A stretch of 64,000 bases of DNA from Eledone cirrhosa (Eukaryota): the NCBI GenBank assembly GCA_964016885.1, contig OZ024744.1, positions 83,576,001 to 83,640,000 of the forward strand. Reading direction: 5' to 3'. Numbering within the stretch: position 1 is the first letter of the stretch; each line of letters opens with the position of its first letter. Positions 41,099-51,669 of the stretch are shown here, piece by piece. Below the pieces are notes generated by a model. It saw nothing but the letters and a program-made list of their open reading frames with translations. It was not told where the DNA came from and made no database searches. Position numbers and translations under genes: made by a program.

Positions 41099-41230
41099 AT
41101 CATTTCTGAGGACGGCATGTATATGTGAAGGTATGTGTATTTCCTCTGATAATTTGTAATATTTTTACATAGATCTATATGATATACATACCAACACACA
41201 TATACATCCCAGAAACGATCGTAAAATGAT
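41099..41230 (+). ncRNA. Type I HHR with ~100-nt stem II region
   Basis: atcattt-CTGAGGA-..atgtatatgtg...cacatatacat..-GAAAC-gatc-GTA-aaatgat. Confidence 0.82.
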
Positions 41231-41334
41231 GAATTTTTTTTTAATATAAGGAACTTGTTCTTTGTTTTTATTTCATTGTTTTTAATAATTTATATGTATG
41301 TATGTAAATATATGTGTATATACATATACAACAA

Positions 41335-42385
41335 CTTGGCATATGAGCACCTTAACAACGGTGAACTATAAACATAAGAAATGAAATTACGCGTATCTGG
41401 AATAAATGTAGCAACACAGAAGACCAGATTACTCACACTGCACACTTCATAGATGTCCTGAAGAATGAATCGGCTTAAGAATCGAAGTCCTCCTCTAATA
41501 CCCGCTTCATGAAAATACCACACTTTAGCGAAAGCATAACCACAGCCATTCGCAGAGCTATCAGAAAAGAAGGTCTAGGCATACATTTAACACACTCCGG
41601 CCCTTCACTGCGTGGATACCTTTCTAAAAAAGGCAATCAACAATCAATTTTCGCTGACTAACTGCCCTATCCGCGATACAGGTATGTGCCAGCGGACATA
41701 TGTGATTTACCGGATTGAATGCAAGAAATGCAAGAAGTTCTACATTGGTAGCACGACTCGAGCACTCCACACTCACATTAAACAACACCTCAACACACGC
41801 ACATACTCATTCAGAAAACACATTGACAAATGTAGAAACATCAACCAACATATTACCTTTACCATTAAAGCCAGTGATAGAAATGTGGGCAACTTAAGTA
41901 TTAAGGAAGCCTTGCGCATACGCATACTCAACCTATAAATAAATAATAGATAAGAACTCTACACACATTAATTGACATAAACAACTCACCTACAGGCACA
42001 CAAACTAAACATTCTCACAAAAAAGGAAAATTGATTTCGTGAAATACTATGTTGGCAATTGACATCATTCACGTGGAAAGCGAGGTAACCATCGAAAAAC
42101 GCTTGAAAACGACTTACATTTTTATCAAAATCAAAATTATATCCCAAAGAGAGGAAATTGGAACATTATCCACTGAAAGTTCCTTAAACCCTGATGAAGG
42201 GACTTGTAGGTCCTGAAATATTGGACAGATTAAATAACAACAACAACAACAACAACAACAAAACAAAGATTACGAGTTAGTTTTACTTTTCGTTACCTCA
42301 TCTTACAGTCTATTTCTATATTCAATATTTATACTCTGCTATGTATTGAGTACCTTACTTACTGTGGTTACACCCGATTGAACCC
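41335..42385 (+). mobile_element. PLE 3' fragment (thumb + GIY-YIG) with terminal HHR at 42186-42225
   Basis: CPIRDTGMCQRTYVIYRIECKKCKKFYIGSTTRALHTHIKQH..LSIKEAL; CTGATGA-agggac-ttgtag-gtcct-GAAAT. Confidence 0.82.
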
Positions 42386-42475
42386 AGGATACACACACAC
42401 ACACACACACGCATATATATATCTGTGTGTGTGTGTGTGAATAGATATATATTTACACACACACACACACATATA

Positions 42476-42514
<39 letters not shown>

Positions 42515-42519
<5 letters not shown>

Positions 42520-43468
42520 TAATTTAATATATCTACTAACATAAGCGCACAGATGTACGCTAATGCCATCAAATACACAGGTTATGTCATAGTACCTAGG
42601 TGGTTCAATGCAGGAGGATGCAGAACAATAATATAAAAGACGTAAAATAAGAAAATTTTTTTTTTTAAATGTTAAAAAAATTAACTTACTTACTTAAATT
42701 TTCACTCCAACTAATTAGTTTCTGCAATGGGATAAAGACAGTTACGTAATGAACTGTTGAGTTGGCTGAGAATAGATCTCCCTGATGACGCAATGAAATT
42801 CTCAACAGCTCATTACGTAACTGTCTTTATCCCATTGCAGAAACTAATTAGTTGGAGTGAAAATTTAAGTAAGTTAATATAAAAAAAATTTTTTTTTTTA
42901 ATTTTCTTATTTTACGTCTTTTATATTATTGTTCTGCATCCTCCTGCATTGAACCACCTAGGTACTATGACATAACCTGTGTATTTGCTGGCATTAGCGT
43001 ACATCTGTGCGCTTATGTTAGTAGATATATTAAATTATCTATATTTATCTCCAAATCACTGATTTGTCGAGCAAACCTGCCAAAACCACTTCTAAATTTT
43101 TTTGGGGGTGTTAGTCGGCGTCTGTCATCTTACCATCCCATTCATACTGACTAGCCTCTGTGTCACGGGATTGATTCTTTAGAATCGGCCATTTGACCAG
43201 TGGCAGTGAGAATGTTCAGTGCCTGGAATCCAGTCCTCGATAGCTGTTCCATTTACCGAATTATTATTATTTTTATATGTGTCCCCAGTGTCCGCGCATT
43301 GCCTGGAGACTTGGCTGAGAATAGATTTCCCTGATGACGCAATGCAATTCTCAACAGTTCATTACGTAACTGTCTTTATCCCATTGCAGAAACTAATTAG
43401 TTGGAGTGAAAATTTAAGTAAGTAAGTTAATTTTTTTTTAATTTTTTTTTAAATTTTCTTATTTTACG

Positions 43469-43475
<7 letters not shown>
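42515..43475 (+). mobile_element. Non-coding 549-bp tandem (1.3 units, two HHRs) preceded by a ~245-bp inverted copy
   Basis: HHR ctcc-CTGATGA-c-gcaatg...cattgc-a-GAAAC-taatta-GTT-ggag at 42778-42857 and 43327-43406; arms 42515-42761 / 42801-43044. Confidence 0.88.
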
Positions 43476-43549
<74 letters not shown>

Positions 43550-43829
43550 AAACATGGGAAGAAAGTGGAATACTGCGTGGTTGCACATGGGTTACATATT
43601 ATAAAATTAGTCCCTCATCAGTGATTTGCCAACCATCATTGGTATTTCATCGCATAATATTTCGATCTTATTAGATCTCCTCGGGGAAAAGTATTCTCTT
43701 AGCAAGTGTAGTTAAACTACACACCCACAATCCAATGACTGAAAGTAGTAAAAGAAAATACAAAAAAAGATTAACTGAAGCACAGAGACACCATACATTT
43801 CTAAGGACACATACAAATGCATGTATATG

Positions 43830-44165
43830 CATATGGTGGCTGCCAACTCGTTTTCGAGTACGGCCACTACTTTATATCCATGTAGGAGAACCCCTACCGA
43901 TGCGCTGGACGAGTGTGACTTTTTAGTCCAGCCAGTGACTTGAAAACTCTGGTACAAACACCACACTTGTGACAATTATTGACATATAGTGCTGGGCCCA
44001 TGGTACCATGTGACGACAAGTGCAGAGAGATCTCCAGATATAAAGCATTGCCTGTGCCGTGAAGCTTTTATAGTGAGCAAAGGCACTGCACAAAGCCAGT
44101 CCCACTCTCTTAACCAAGATGATATTTCCCAAAAAGAAGAACAAGTCAACATCATTGGATACCAT
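43830..44165 (-). mobile_element. RTE-clade 3' end
   Basis: HKCGVCTRVFKSLAGLKSHTRPAH zinc finger; same family as 58975-59290. Confidence 0.65.
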
Positions 44166-45315
44166 CATGTATGTATGTATGTATATATGTATGTATGTAT
44201 ATGCATATACATGCATATATACAGACATACACTTATGATTATGTATATATGCATACATACACTTATTATGTACATACATACACTTATAATTATGTATATA
44301 TGCATATATACATACACTTATGATTACATATATACATACACACTACCATATATGCATTCGACATACCCAAACAAACACGCACATACACCATCTTTAATTT
44401 TGGATGCACAAGTAATACATGCATGGCTGCATACGTAACCCCGACGACTGTACGCATTCTCTTTCACATATTAATGTTTATATATTAAACAGTTTAAAAG
44501 GCGGGAACACTGACTGCAAACATTTTCATACGTATGCATTCTGATGGTGTCCTACTGTCCAGTCCCACAAATATCCATGTGTCTATATGTTAATGTGTGT
44601 ATTTCTGTTTGTTTGTTAGTTGGTTATCTTTTATTGTATGTGTTTAGAAGCTTGTGTCAGCGCTAGGAAAGTGAAAAATGCCATAAGACCTAAAAGATAG
44701 TTATATAAACGTTAGTGTGTGTCCGTGAAATATGTATACATATACAAGGTTCGAAGACAAATGAAACAAACAAATTGTTACTGCCTCCGTCTCTCCTGCT
44801 CACCCCATATCTCTCTATTATGAGGAAATGAGGGCCCACGCACTGGCCACCCTGCGGTCCCAGCGGCGAACAGAATAGAGAAGGCGTTTCTCCGGAGGAT
44901 GGTGAGGGAACGTATGAATATATGTAGATTTAGCTGTGTTTAAGTACGCATAATGGAGTGAGTGGATAAAGATAGACTTGGACGAAATGAGATGTAACAG
45001 GCACGATGTGTGAAGTGAGAAGCAGTAATTCAATTGACGTTGCTCTGTAAAAGCATGCAAGTATTAAGTTGGTTGCAATGAGTAGGAATACATATATATA
45101 TATATATGTCTTCATGTATACACCTAAATATATATACACATATAAGCCGTCACAATGTGTTAAAATAAATATGGATACAAATGTGAAGGTAAGTACATAC
45201 ATATATATGCAAATTTACACCATCGCACCATTTAAAGACAACCCTCAATTGTATTTGTGTTTCTATCACTTGCTCTTCAGTATTTTCGCAACCATTTAAC
45301 ATTACACATATTCAC

Positions 45316-45502
45316 GGTGGATTAGCAGTATCGGTAGAGGGTCGAACGCCATGCTTTGACGTGTAGAGTTACGGGCCTTGCCATTTTGAGTTCAAATCCC
45401 GCCGAGGTTAATTTCACCTTTCATCCTTACGGGGTCGATAAAATAAAGTACCAGTAATGCATTGGTTAATTACTGGCCTTGTGCCAAACGTAGAAACAAT
45501 TA
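45316..45502 (+). mobile_element. SINE
   Basis: Matches family consensus. Confidence 0.9.
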
Positions 45503-45751
45503 TGTACATATAAACACTTGTACAATGTTGTTGCTTCGGTATTTTAGCATGTTTAATAAATATGTATATAATTGTGAATGCGAATATGTGAAACTGTGTG
45601 TATATGTCTTCACTAGAGCTAATATTTATTATTAGTACAGATTAAACTTTAAGCAATGAATTTCTGCTTTCAATTTCATAGCAACATTTTTTTTTCTTCA
45701 TATCAAGAAATTGTTCTTTTCGTACCACATAATGACGTAATAAATTATATA

Positions 45752-45788
<37 letters not shown>

Positions 45789-45948
45789 ATACTTTGGGAG
45801 GGTCATGTTGCCAATAAGAAACACACGCACCAGTTGCTTTCACTTCAATTTATTATATATTTATAAATTTATAAATTTACAAATCTACAAACTTATAAAT
45901 TTCTGGTTGGTTGGTTGGTTCCACAACCAGATAGTTGTTTATATATAT

Positions 45949-45993
45949 AGTCATAGTCCTTTCGTCACACACTCTGTGACCTCTTCAGTGACT
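45949..45993 (-). ncRNA. Minimal type I HHR in PLE 3' repeat
   Basis: agtca-CTGAAGA-g-gtcaca-gagtg-tgtgac-GAAAG-ga-CTA-tgact. Confidence 0.85.
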
Positions 45994-46298
45994 GGGGATT
46001 CCTTTCTTCGTTTCTGTGCCTTTCCTTTCTTCTATCCTACGCTATTTTGTTTATGTGTATGTGTTGTGTGCTCAGTTTGCGCATGCGCCACATCCGGGTG
46101 TCTGTGTGTGTTTGTGTTCATTTTTCTATTTTTCTATTTATATTTTTCTATTTGTTTATTTATTTATTTATTCATTGTTGGTTGGTTGTTTGTTCTATGT
46201 GTGTGTGTGTTTTCATTTTGTCCTGTGTGTTTTCATTTTGTGTGTGTTTTCAATTGTAAGTTGTTTGTTCTATGTGTGTGTGTGTTTTCATTTTGTCC

Positions 46299-48623
46299 TT
46301 AATTGTAAGTTGTGATGTTGCTGTTCCACTCATATTTTCTATTTAATTTTGGTTTTAATTCTTTTATGCTTACTGCCTCTGTAATTTGCCTAAACATTGC
46401 GTCTTTTCTGTGTGTGGATTCTATTTTTATTTCTATGCTCTCTAATCTACCCCTGTGTTCTATCTTAGCATGTTGGTAGAGCACAGATGATTCTTTATTA
46501 TCTTGGAGGTCTCGCCAGTGTTCATTTATTCGTTCCCCTATACTACGAGCTGTCTCACCTATGTACACTATATTTTTGTTTCTACATTGTCCTTCAGTAC
46601 ATCTTATGCTATACACTACATTTCTAGTTTTACAGTTAATATGGGGGCTTATTTTACAGGTTATACATTTCTTATCTATACATGAGGGTCTTTGGAACGG
46701 GTATGTCTTGCTAATAAGTGTTTTTACGGAGGTACCAGGTCTTTCTACTATCTTAATATTGAGATTATGTTTATTTAGGGCCCTTCTAAATTTGTAGGCT
46801 AGTTCGCCTCTAGGGGTTGTATTGATGAACATTACACTCTGGTATTTATTGCTATCATACCATGAGTTTATTCTATTGGCCTTGTTCCTAGTTCTTTCTA
46901 TTCTATTCCAAAATTTGCTCCTATACAAGGGGCAGGTCCCATTTATATCATTATTTACCATTTTTTCCCATTTGGTTCTGGCTCCTTTATACACTCTGAT
47001 TCTATCTCTCTGATTGTAGCCAGAGAACTGCATACGGTGGATGAAGTGTTGTATGTGTCTCTCTAGTTCTTCGGGGTTGCACATGCGGGACACATTTCTC
47101 ATCACCCGTACCAAATCCGCAATCAGTATGTTGATTTTGGTATGGTCCGAAATGGCCGAGTTTCGGTGGATCAGATGTTTGGAAGTCATGGGTTTGGCAT
47201 AATGGGAATGGAGGATTTGGTTTTGGTTGTTAATGGTATCTAACCAGAGCTCTGTGTCTAGTACAGGTAATCGATGGTTGGGGTGTCTACTTGGGTAGTC
47301 TATAGTAACTCTAATGCTCTGGTGGATGGAGTTTGCTATTTGCTGGATGCTTTCCATTGTGTTTTTCTCTAGTTCCTGACTGTTCTTTAGTGGGGGTGTC
47401 TTAACTACGATGTTTATATCATCTACGTAGCGGGAGTACATTATCAGGGTTAAGCTGTCTTCTAATTGTTCATTAAGTTTTTGTTTAAGTCTACTGTCCC
47501 ACCATACCATGAATAAGTTAGCTATGTCGCCTGCAATGCTAACACCAATGGCTGCTCCTTCCTCTTGGGCATATGTTTTACCATTAAATTTGAACATATG
47601 TTCCTTAAGGGTTAATTTTATGCTGGCCCCTACCGCATGTGCAATCATTTTCTTCAGTTCATCGTGGTTTTCGGGTGTCCGTATGGCTCTGGTCCACCCG
47701 TTCCATCTATCTGTGTGGGTTTTCTTGGCCATTGAGGTAATGGTAGGTGGTCTGCCTCTTGTTGGTCTTGTAGGGCACAGGTTGCTAAGGTCATAAGTGT
47801 CTAGGTAACTATTACTATGGGTAAGCTTAAGTAGAAGTCCCAGCTCACTGGTATCAATCCCACGGAACTCAACCTTGCTCTCGCTGATCATTTCTACGCA
47901 TTTCTCCACAGCAAAATCCACGTCAATAGATGGATACAGGGACACAACATCCATACTGCCTATTATGCAGTTTGTTAGGTCCCCAGATCGGTTACCCGCG
48001 CCGATTCTGCTGAGGAGGTCCTCCGTGCTGTCACACACATCTGGGGACATCTCAATGATGGGGCGTATGATCAGGGAGAGGAAGAGGAAGTAGGACAGTC
48101 TGTAGTTACTAGCAATGTTAGCCCCACAGACTGGCCGTGTTGGTGGTCCCGCGACAGGGTCCCAGCCCGTTTTATGGTCTTTTCGAAGCCCATACAACGC
48201 CGGCACGTCATTGTTCCAGGCCTGGAAGTTGTTGGCAGTCCTTTTGTTGGGCTGCATTATATTCGTCCACATCACCATATGGGCATTGAGGGCTTTTTCT
48301 CTATCCTCATGCTCCTGTGGTGTTACCTCTCTTGTGTTGGTGATGTGGGGTTGCATTGCCTGGATGTAGTTTGGCAGGCTGTCAACCGACATTCTGCCAG
48401 ACTTGTCTGTTGGAAAACATGCTATCTCTCCATTACGCGAGCGCTGCATGAGCTTACGCAAGCCATTTGCAGATTCTTCTCCCAGTTGCTGAGCCTCTAT
48501 TCTATTATGCTTCTTGCTATACTGTTCTATAATATTTCTAAGTTCGGATTTAGCTATACTAAATTGTGCTTCTGTTTGTTCATCGACCTGCGACGGCAAC
48601 TGCGTGCGTTTGTTAAATGGCAA
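46299..48623 (-). CDS. PLE RT + GIY-YIG polyprotein, 774 aa uninterrupted (frame open upstream to ~48758, no ATG there)
   Basis: PTDKSG, YGLRKDHK..RPV, SMDVVSLYPSI, ~100-aa insert, QEEGAAIG, RYVDD, VLD, C....C..C, VVYSIRC..YIGETAR, ITEAVSI. Confidence 0.92.
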   Translation of the reverse strand: MPFNKRTQLPSQVDEQTEAQFSIAKSELRNIIEQYSKKHNRIEAQQLGEESANGLRKLMQRSRNGEIACFPTDKSGRMSVDSLPNYIQAMQPHITNTREVTPQEHEDREKALNAHMVMWTNIMQPNKRTANNFQAWNNDVPALYGLRKDHKTGWDPVAGPPTRPVCGANIASNYRLSYFLFLSLIIRPIIEMSPDVCDSTEDLLSRIGAGNRSGDLTNCIIGSMDVVSLYPSIDVDFAVEKCVEMISESKVEFRGIDTSELGLLLKLTHSNSYLDTYDLSNLCPTRPTRGRPPTITSMAKKTHTDRWNGWTRAIRTPENHDELKKMIAHAVGASIKLTLKEHMFKFNGKTYAQEEGAAIGVSIAGDIANLFMVWWDSRLKQKLNEQLEDSLTLIMYSRYVDDINIVVKTPPLKNSQELEKNTMESIQQIANSIHQSIRVTIDYPSRHPNHRLPVLDTELWLDTINNQNQILHSHYAKPMTSKHLIHRNSAISDHTKINILIADLVRVMRNVSRMCNPEELERHIQHFIHRMQFSGYNQRDRIRVYKGARTKWEKMVNNDINGTCPLYRSKFWNRIERTRNKANRINSWYDSNKYQSVMFINTTPRGELAYKFRRALNKHNLNIKIVERPGTSVKTLISKTYPFQRPSCIDKKCITCKISPHINCKTRNVVYSIRCTEGQCRNKNIVYIGETARSIGERINEHWRDLQDNKESSVLYQHAKIEHRGRLESIEIKIESTHRKDAMFRQITEAVSIKELKPKLNRKYEWNSNITTYN

Positions 48624-48932
48624 AGTCGTGGCGTGGACTCGTCGTAGGTCGAATGATTTATCGGAGGGGTTATAAAACGGAGAGTTCCAGGCTGCTGCTT
48701 TATGTGTACTAGTGCTATTATTATTGTTAGTTGTGTTGTTTCTATTTCCACCAACAGCCTAAGCTTCATGGTTGTTTCTATGTCTCTCATAATTACTCCT
48801 AATATTGTGAAGAGTACTCAACGCAGTGCAGTTCACCCATCTTCATTTGTGTAGTTGGTGGTGCGAATACGGAGTTAATTATAAATGAAATAACAGGAGG
48901 CTGGACTGGTGTAAATCCTTGAAAGGTGTATT

Positions 48933-48990
48933 ATACTATGATCATTTCAATGACCGGGTTCCATATGAAACCGGTGATATCATCAGGTAT
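48933..48990 (-). ncRNA. Type I HHR
   Basis: atac-CTGATGA-..accgg..ccggt..-GAAAT-gatc-ATA-gtat. Confidence 0.8.
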
Positions 48991-49997
48991 TGGAATATAA
49001 CAAATGAATATGTAAAAAGCCATGGGTCCGAAACCATGGGTCCGAGAAAAAAGAGACAGAGAGAGCGGCTGACCAACTAGCTACACAGCCAGCCGCCCTC
49101 AAAGTGTTGGCAATCGAAAACTACCAGTGAATATCTGGTAAGAGGGCGCAGGCCTATCATGTACTACCACCACTTCGTCAAAGAAGAGGGGGAGGAAAGA
49201 ATGGGAGAAAGAAGTGTAGTGTAAGGGTCAAACTACATTCATGTTAGAAAATGCCGCGAAAAAAATGCTACCCAAAGAATCTATAGTCGGTGTCTGTATG
49301 GTCTAATGTGTGAACCGAGGATTGGAACGCTAAACTTATGTTTGAAGTTATAGGACGAAATAAATTAAATTAAAAATATTATATTGCAGATATATTTGGT
49401 GGCAGGAGGGATGAAGAAAAACACACACAGATTCTTCTAAATTGTTAGCAGCAACAAGACATAAGCTGACCACAACACCAACAACACTACCGAAATAAGG
49501 GTAGAGGTCAAATGTACTTAACAATAGCAAACACAAACACTACAGGGAGCCTCACCCCAGAAAGAATTTCTATAGACTGAGGAATGCTCTCAAAACTGAC
49601 CAATGGGAAGTTTTACATTTTTTTTTTTTTTTGTTATTTTGTTCCTTTACCACCTTGTTCCTTCTACCACTTTATCAATTTTTTAAGCTAACTCCAACAA
49701 TAACAACACTACCAACACAAGAATTGAGGTCATATGTACCTAACAATAACAAGAATAACAACTACAGATTGGCTTGCCTCAGAACGATTTTCTATAGACT
49801 TTTGAATGAGGAATGTTCTAACAACTGACCAATGAGAGGAGAAGAGGCCCTTTGACACTGAAATTCGTTTGTTTGAATTCATATGATTCCAGTTCCTCAG
49901 TGAAATAACAACCCAACTAGGAACTGGGCATATCAGAGTATTGACAAAATTATACACCTCAACAACATATGTACTTGTCTATACCACACTAATTCGG

Positions 49998-50052
49998 ACT
50001 GCCTGAAGAGATCACATCCAAAGATGGCTGTCACCGAAATATATATAGCAGT
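49998..50052 (+). ncRNA. Type I HHR (family copy at 62681-62735)
   Basis: actgc-CTGAAGA...GAAAT-atat-ATA-gcagt. Confidence 0.78.
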
Positions 50053-50369
50053 AATAAACGAAGATAAATTTTAAACATTTGACTTATTTATTTTACTTTA
50101 TTTTATATTACTCCGGAGTAACCAAACCAACCCGCACACTTCGTCGAGTGCTCCAGCCTGCATACTGAGGTGATGGTATACAACCTACATATACTCAAAA
50201 TCTCTCTCTCTATATATATATATACACTCAAAAACCATCGGTAAATTAAGTACTAAACTTCAAAATTGTAAGCTGGTGTAAATAATTTGATTGGATTAAT
50301 CATGTCTGCAGAGAATGACTGAAACAAGTTAAAGGATAAAATATATATATACATACACACACACACACA

Positions 50370-50553
<184 letters not shown>

Positions 50554-50892
50554 TATGTATAGTATAGTTGGCAAAATACTGTATGCTTAATTAAAAACAT
50601 TTTGAAGACCTTGCGCTATTATTTTAAAGTAGTGACTATGTCACTTACTTCTTTTTTCAACGAATGAAGCGAGATAAGCTGACAGATCTGTCTCACACTG
50701 TTGGTGATCATCAGAGATTAGCACTCGCCGACCTTTGTTGACCATCATATATATATATATATATATTAGGGTAAATATTGATGCAATTCAATTCAAGCAC
50801 TCAACGTACTTTTTCTACATAGGAGTGACGGAGTAAATATCGAATAAGGAAAAGCGAAGTAGTTTCAGATGTTCAAGTCCTTTAATAATAAT

Positions 50893-50966
50893 GCTGTGAT
50901 ATATATTTCAATGACGACACTGGCCACACTGTTCTGTGTGCGAGTGTCGTGACATCATCAGACAGC
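50893..50966 (-). ncRNA. Type I HHR with well-paired long stem II
   Basis: gctgt-CTGATGA-..acgacact..cacac-agaaca-gtgtg..agtgtcgt..-GAAAT-atat-ATC-acagc. Confidence 0.88.
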
Positions 50967-51330
50967 TTTTAACATAATAAGGTTATGTTTCCGAGGCAAT
51001 CCAAATTGAATCGACATGGGAACGGATGAAATGCGTGCTTTTTGGTTTTTCATCCGTTCCCCTGTGAGTACCAATTCACCTCCACCGGTCTGCGCAGGCG
51101 CATGTCCGAAGGAAGTTGACCATTAGCTACCGCAGATTTCAACGAAATTCGCTTAGTCAGTTCACCCTCTCAGCCACACAATGGCCCACCTAGGCCTGTA
51201 CCATAGTTTACTGCTACCTATCCCGACTGTGGCAGTCAGCCGAAAGCCAGAGGGGATGGGAGAGTGTTAGTCATAATACTACCTCTCACCTAACGTGGAC
51301 AGTACGACTGACCATCAACTCATAAGGGAA

Positions 51331-51668
51331 AATAAACTTAATTCTAGATATCATGGTTTTACATTGGAAGTTAAGAGTGAGAGTTGGAAATAAAAATTAA
51401 AATCCTAAATCAAATATCAGAAATTATCCCTCTCAGAACTTCTTACTTAAACATCTCCATATTATTTACTCACTTCAACCTATATTTTTTTACTCACCTC
51501 TATCTGAATTCTCACTTGAAAAATTTTTTAACTTTTAATTTCTAATTGTTAATTTTTTAATTGTTTAATTTATAATTTCTGATATTTGAGTTAGGATTTT
51601 AATTTTTATTTCCAACTCTCACTCTTAACTTCCAATGTAAAACCATGATACCTAGAATTAAGTTTATT
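51331..51668. repeat. Inverted repeat (~97-bp arms)
   Basis: 51331-51427 is the reverse complement of 51572-51668. Confidence 0.92.
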
Positions 51669-51669
51669 A

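Larger units (their letters stand above)
45782..48760 (-). mobile_element. Penelope-like element (Naiad/Neptune-like), probably 5'-truncated
   Basis: Intact RT-GIY ORF, 3' HHR, 3' end at (TA)n. Confidence 0.9.

Noticed and set aside
48800-48850. Possible SECIS (ATGAA..AA..TGAG, minus strand) near the Naiad-like ORF
   Set aside because: Helix is too short and poorly paired, lies upstream of the ORF, and the ORF has no in-frame TGA
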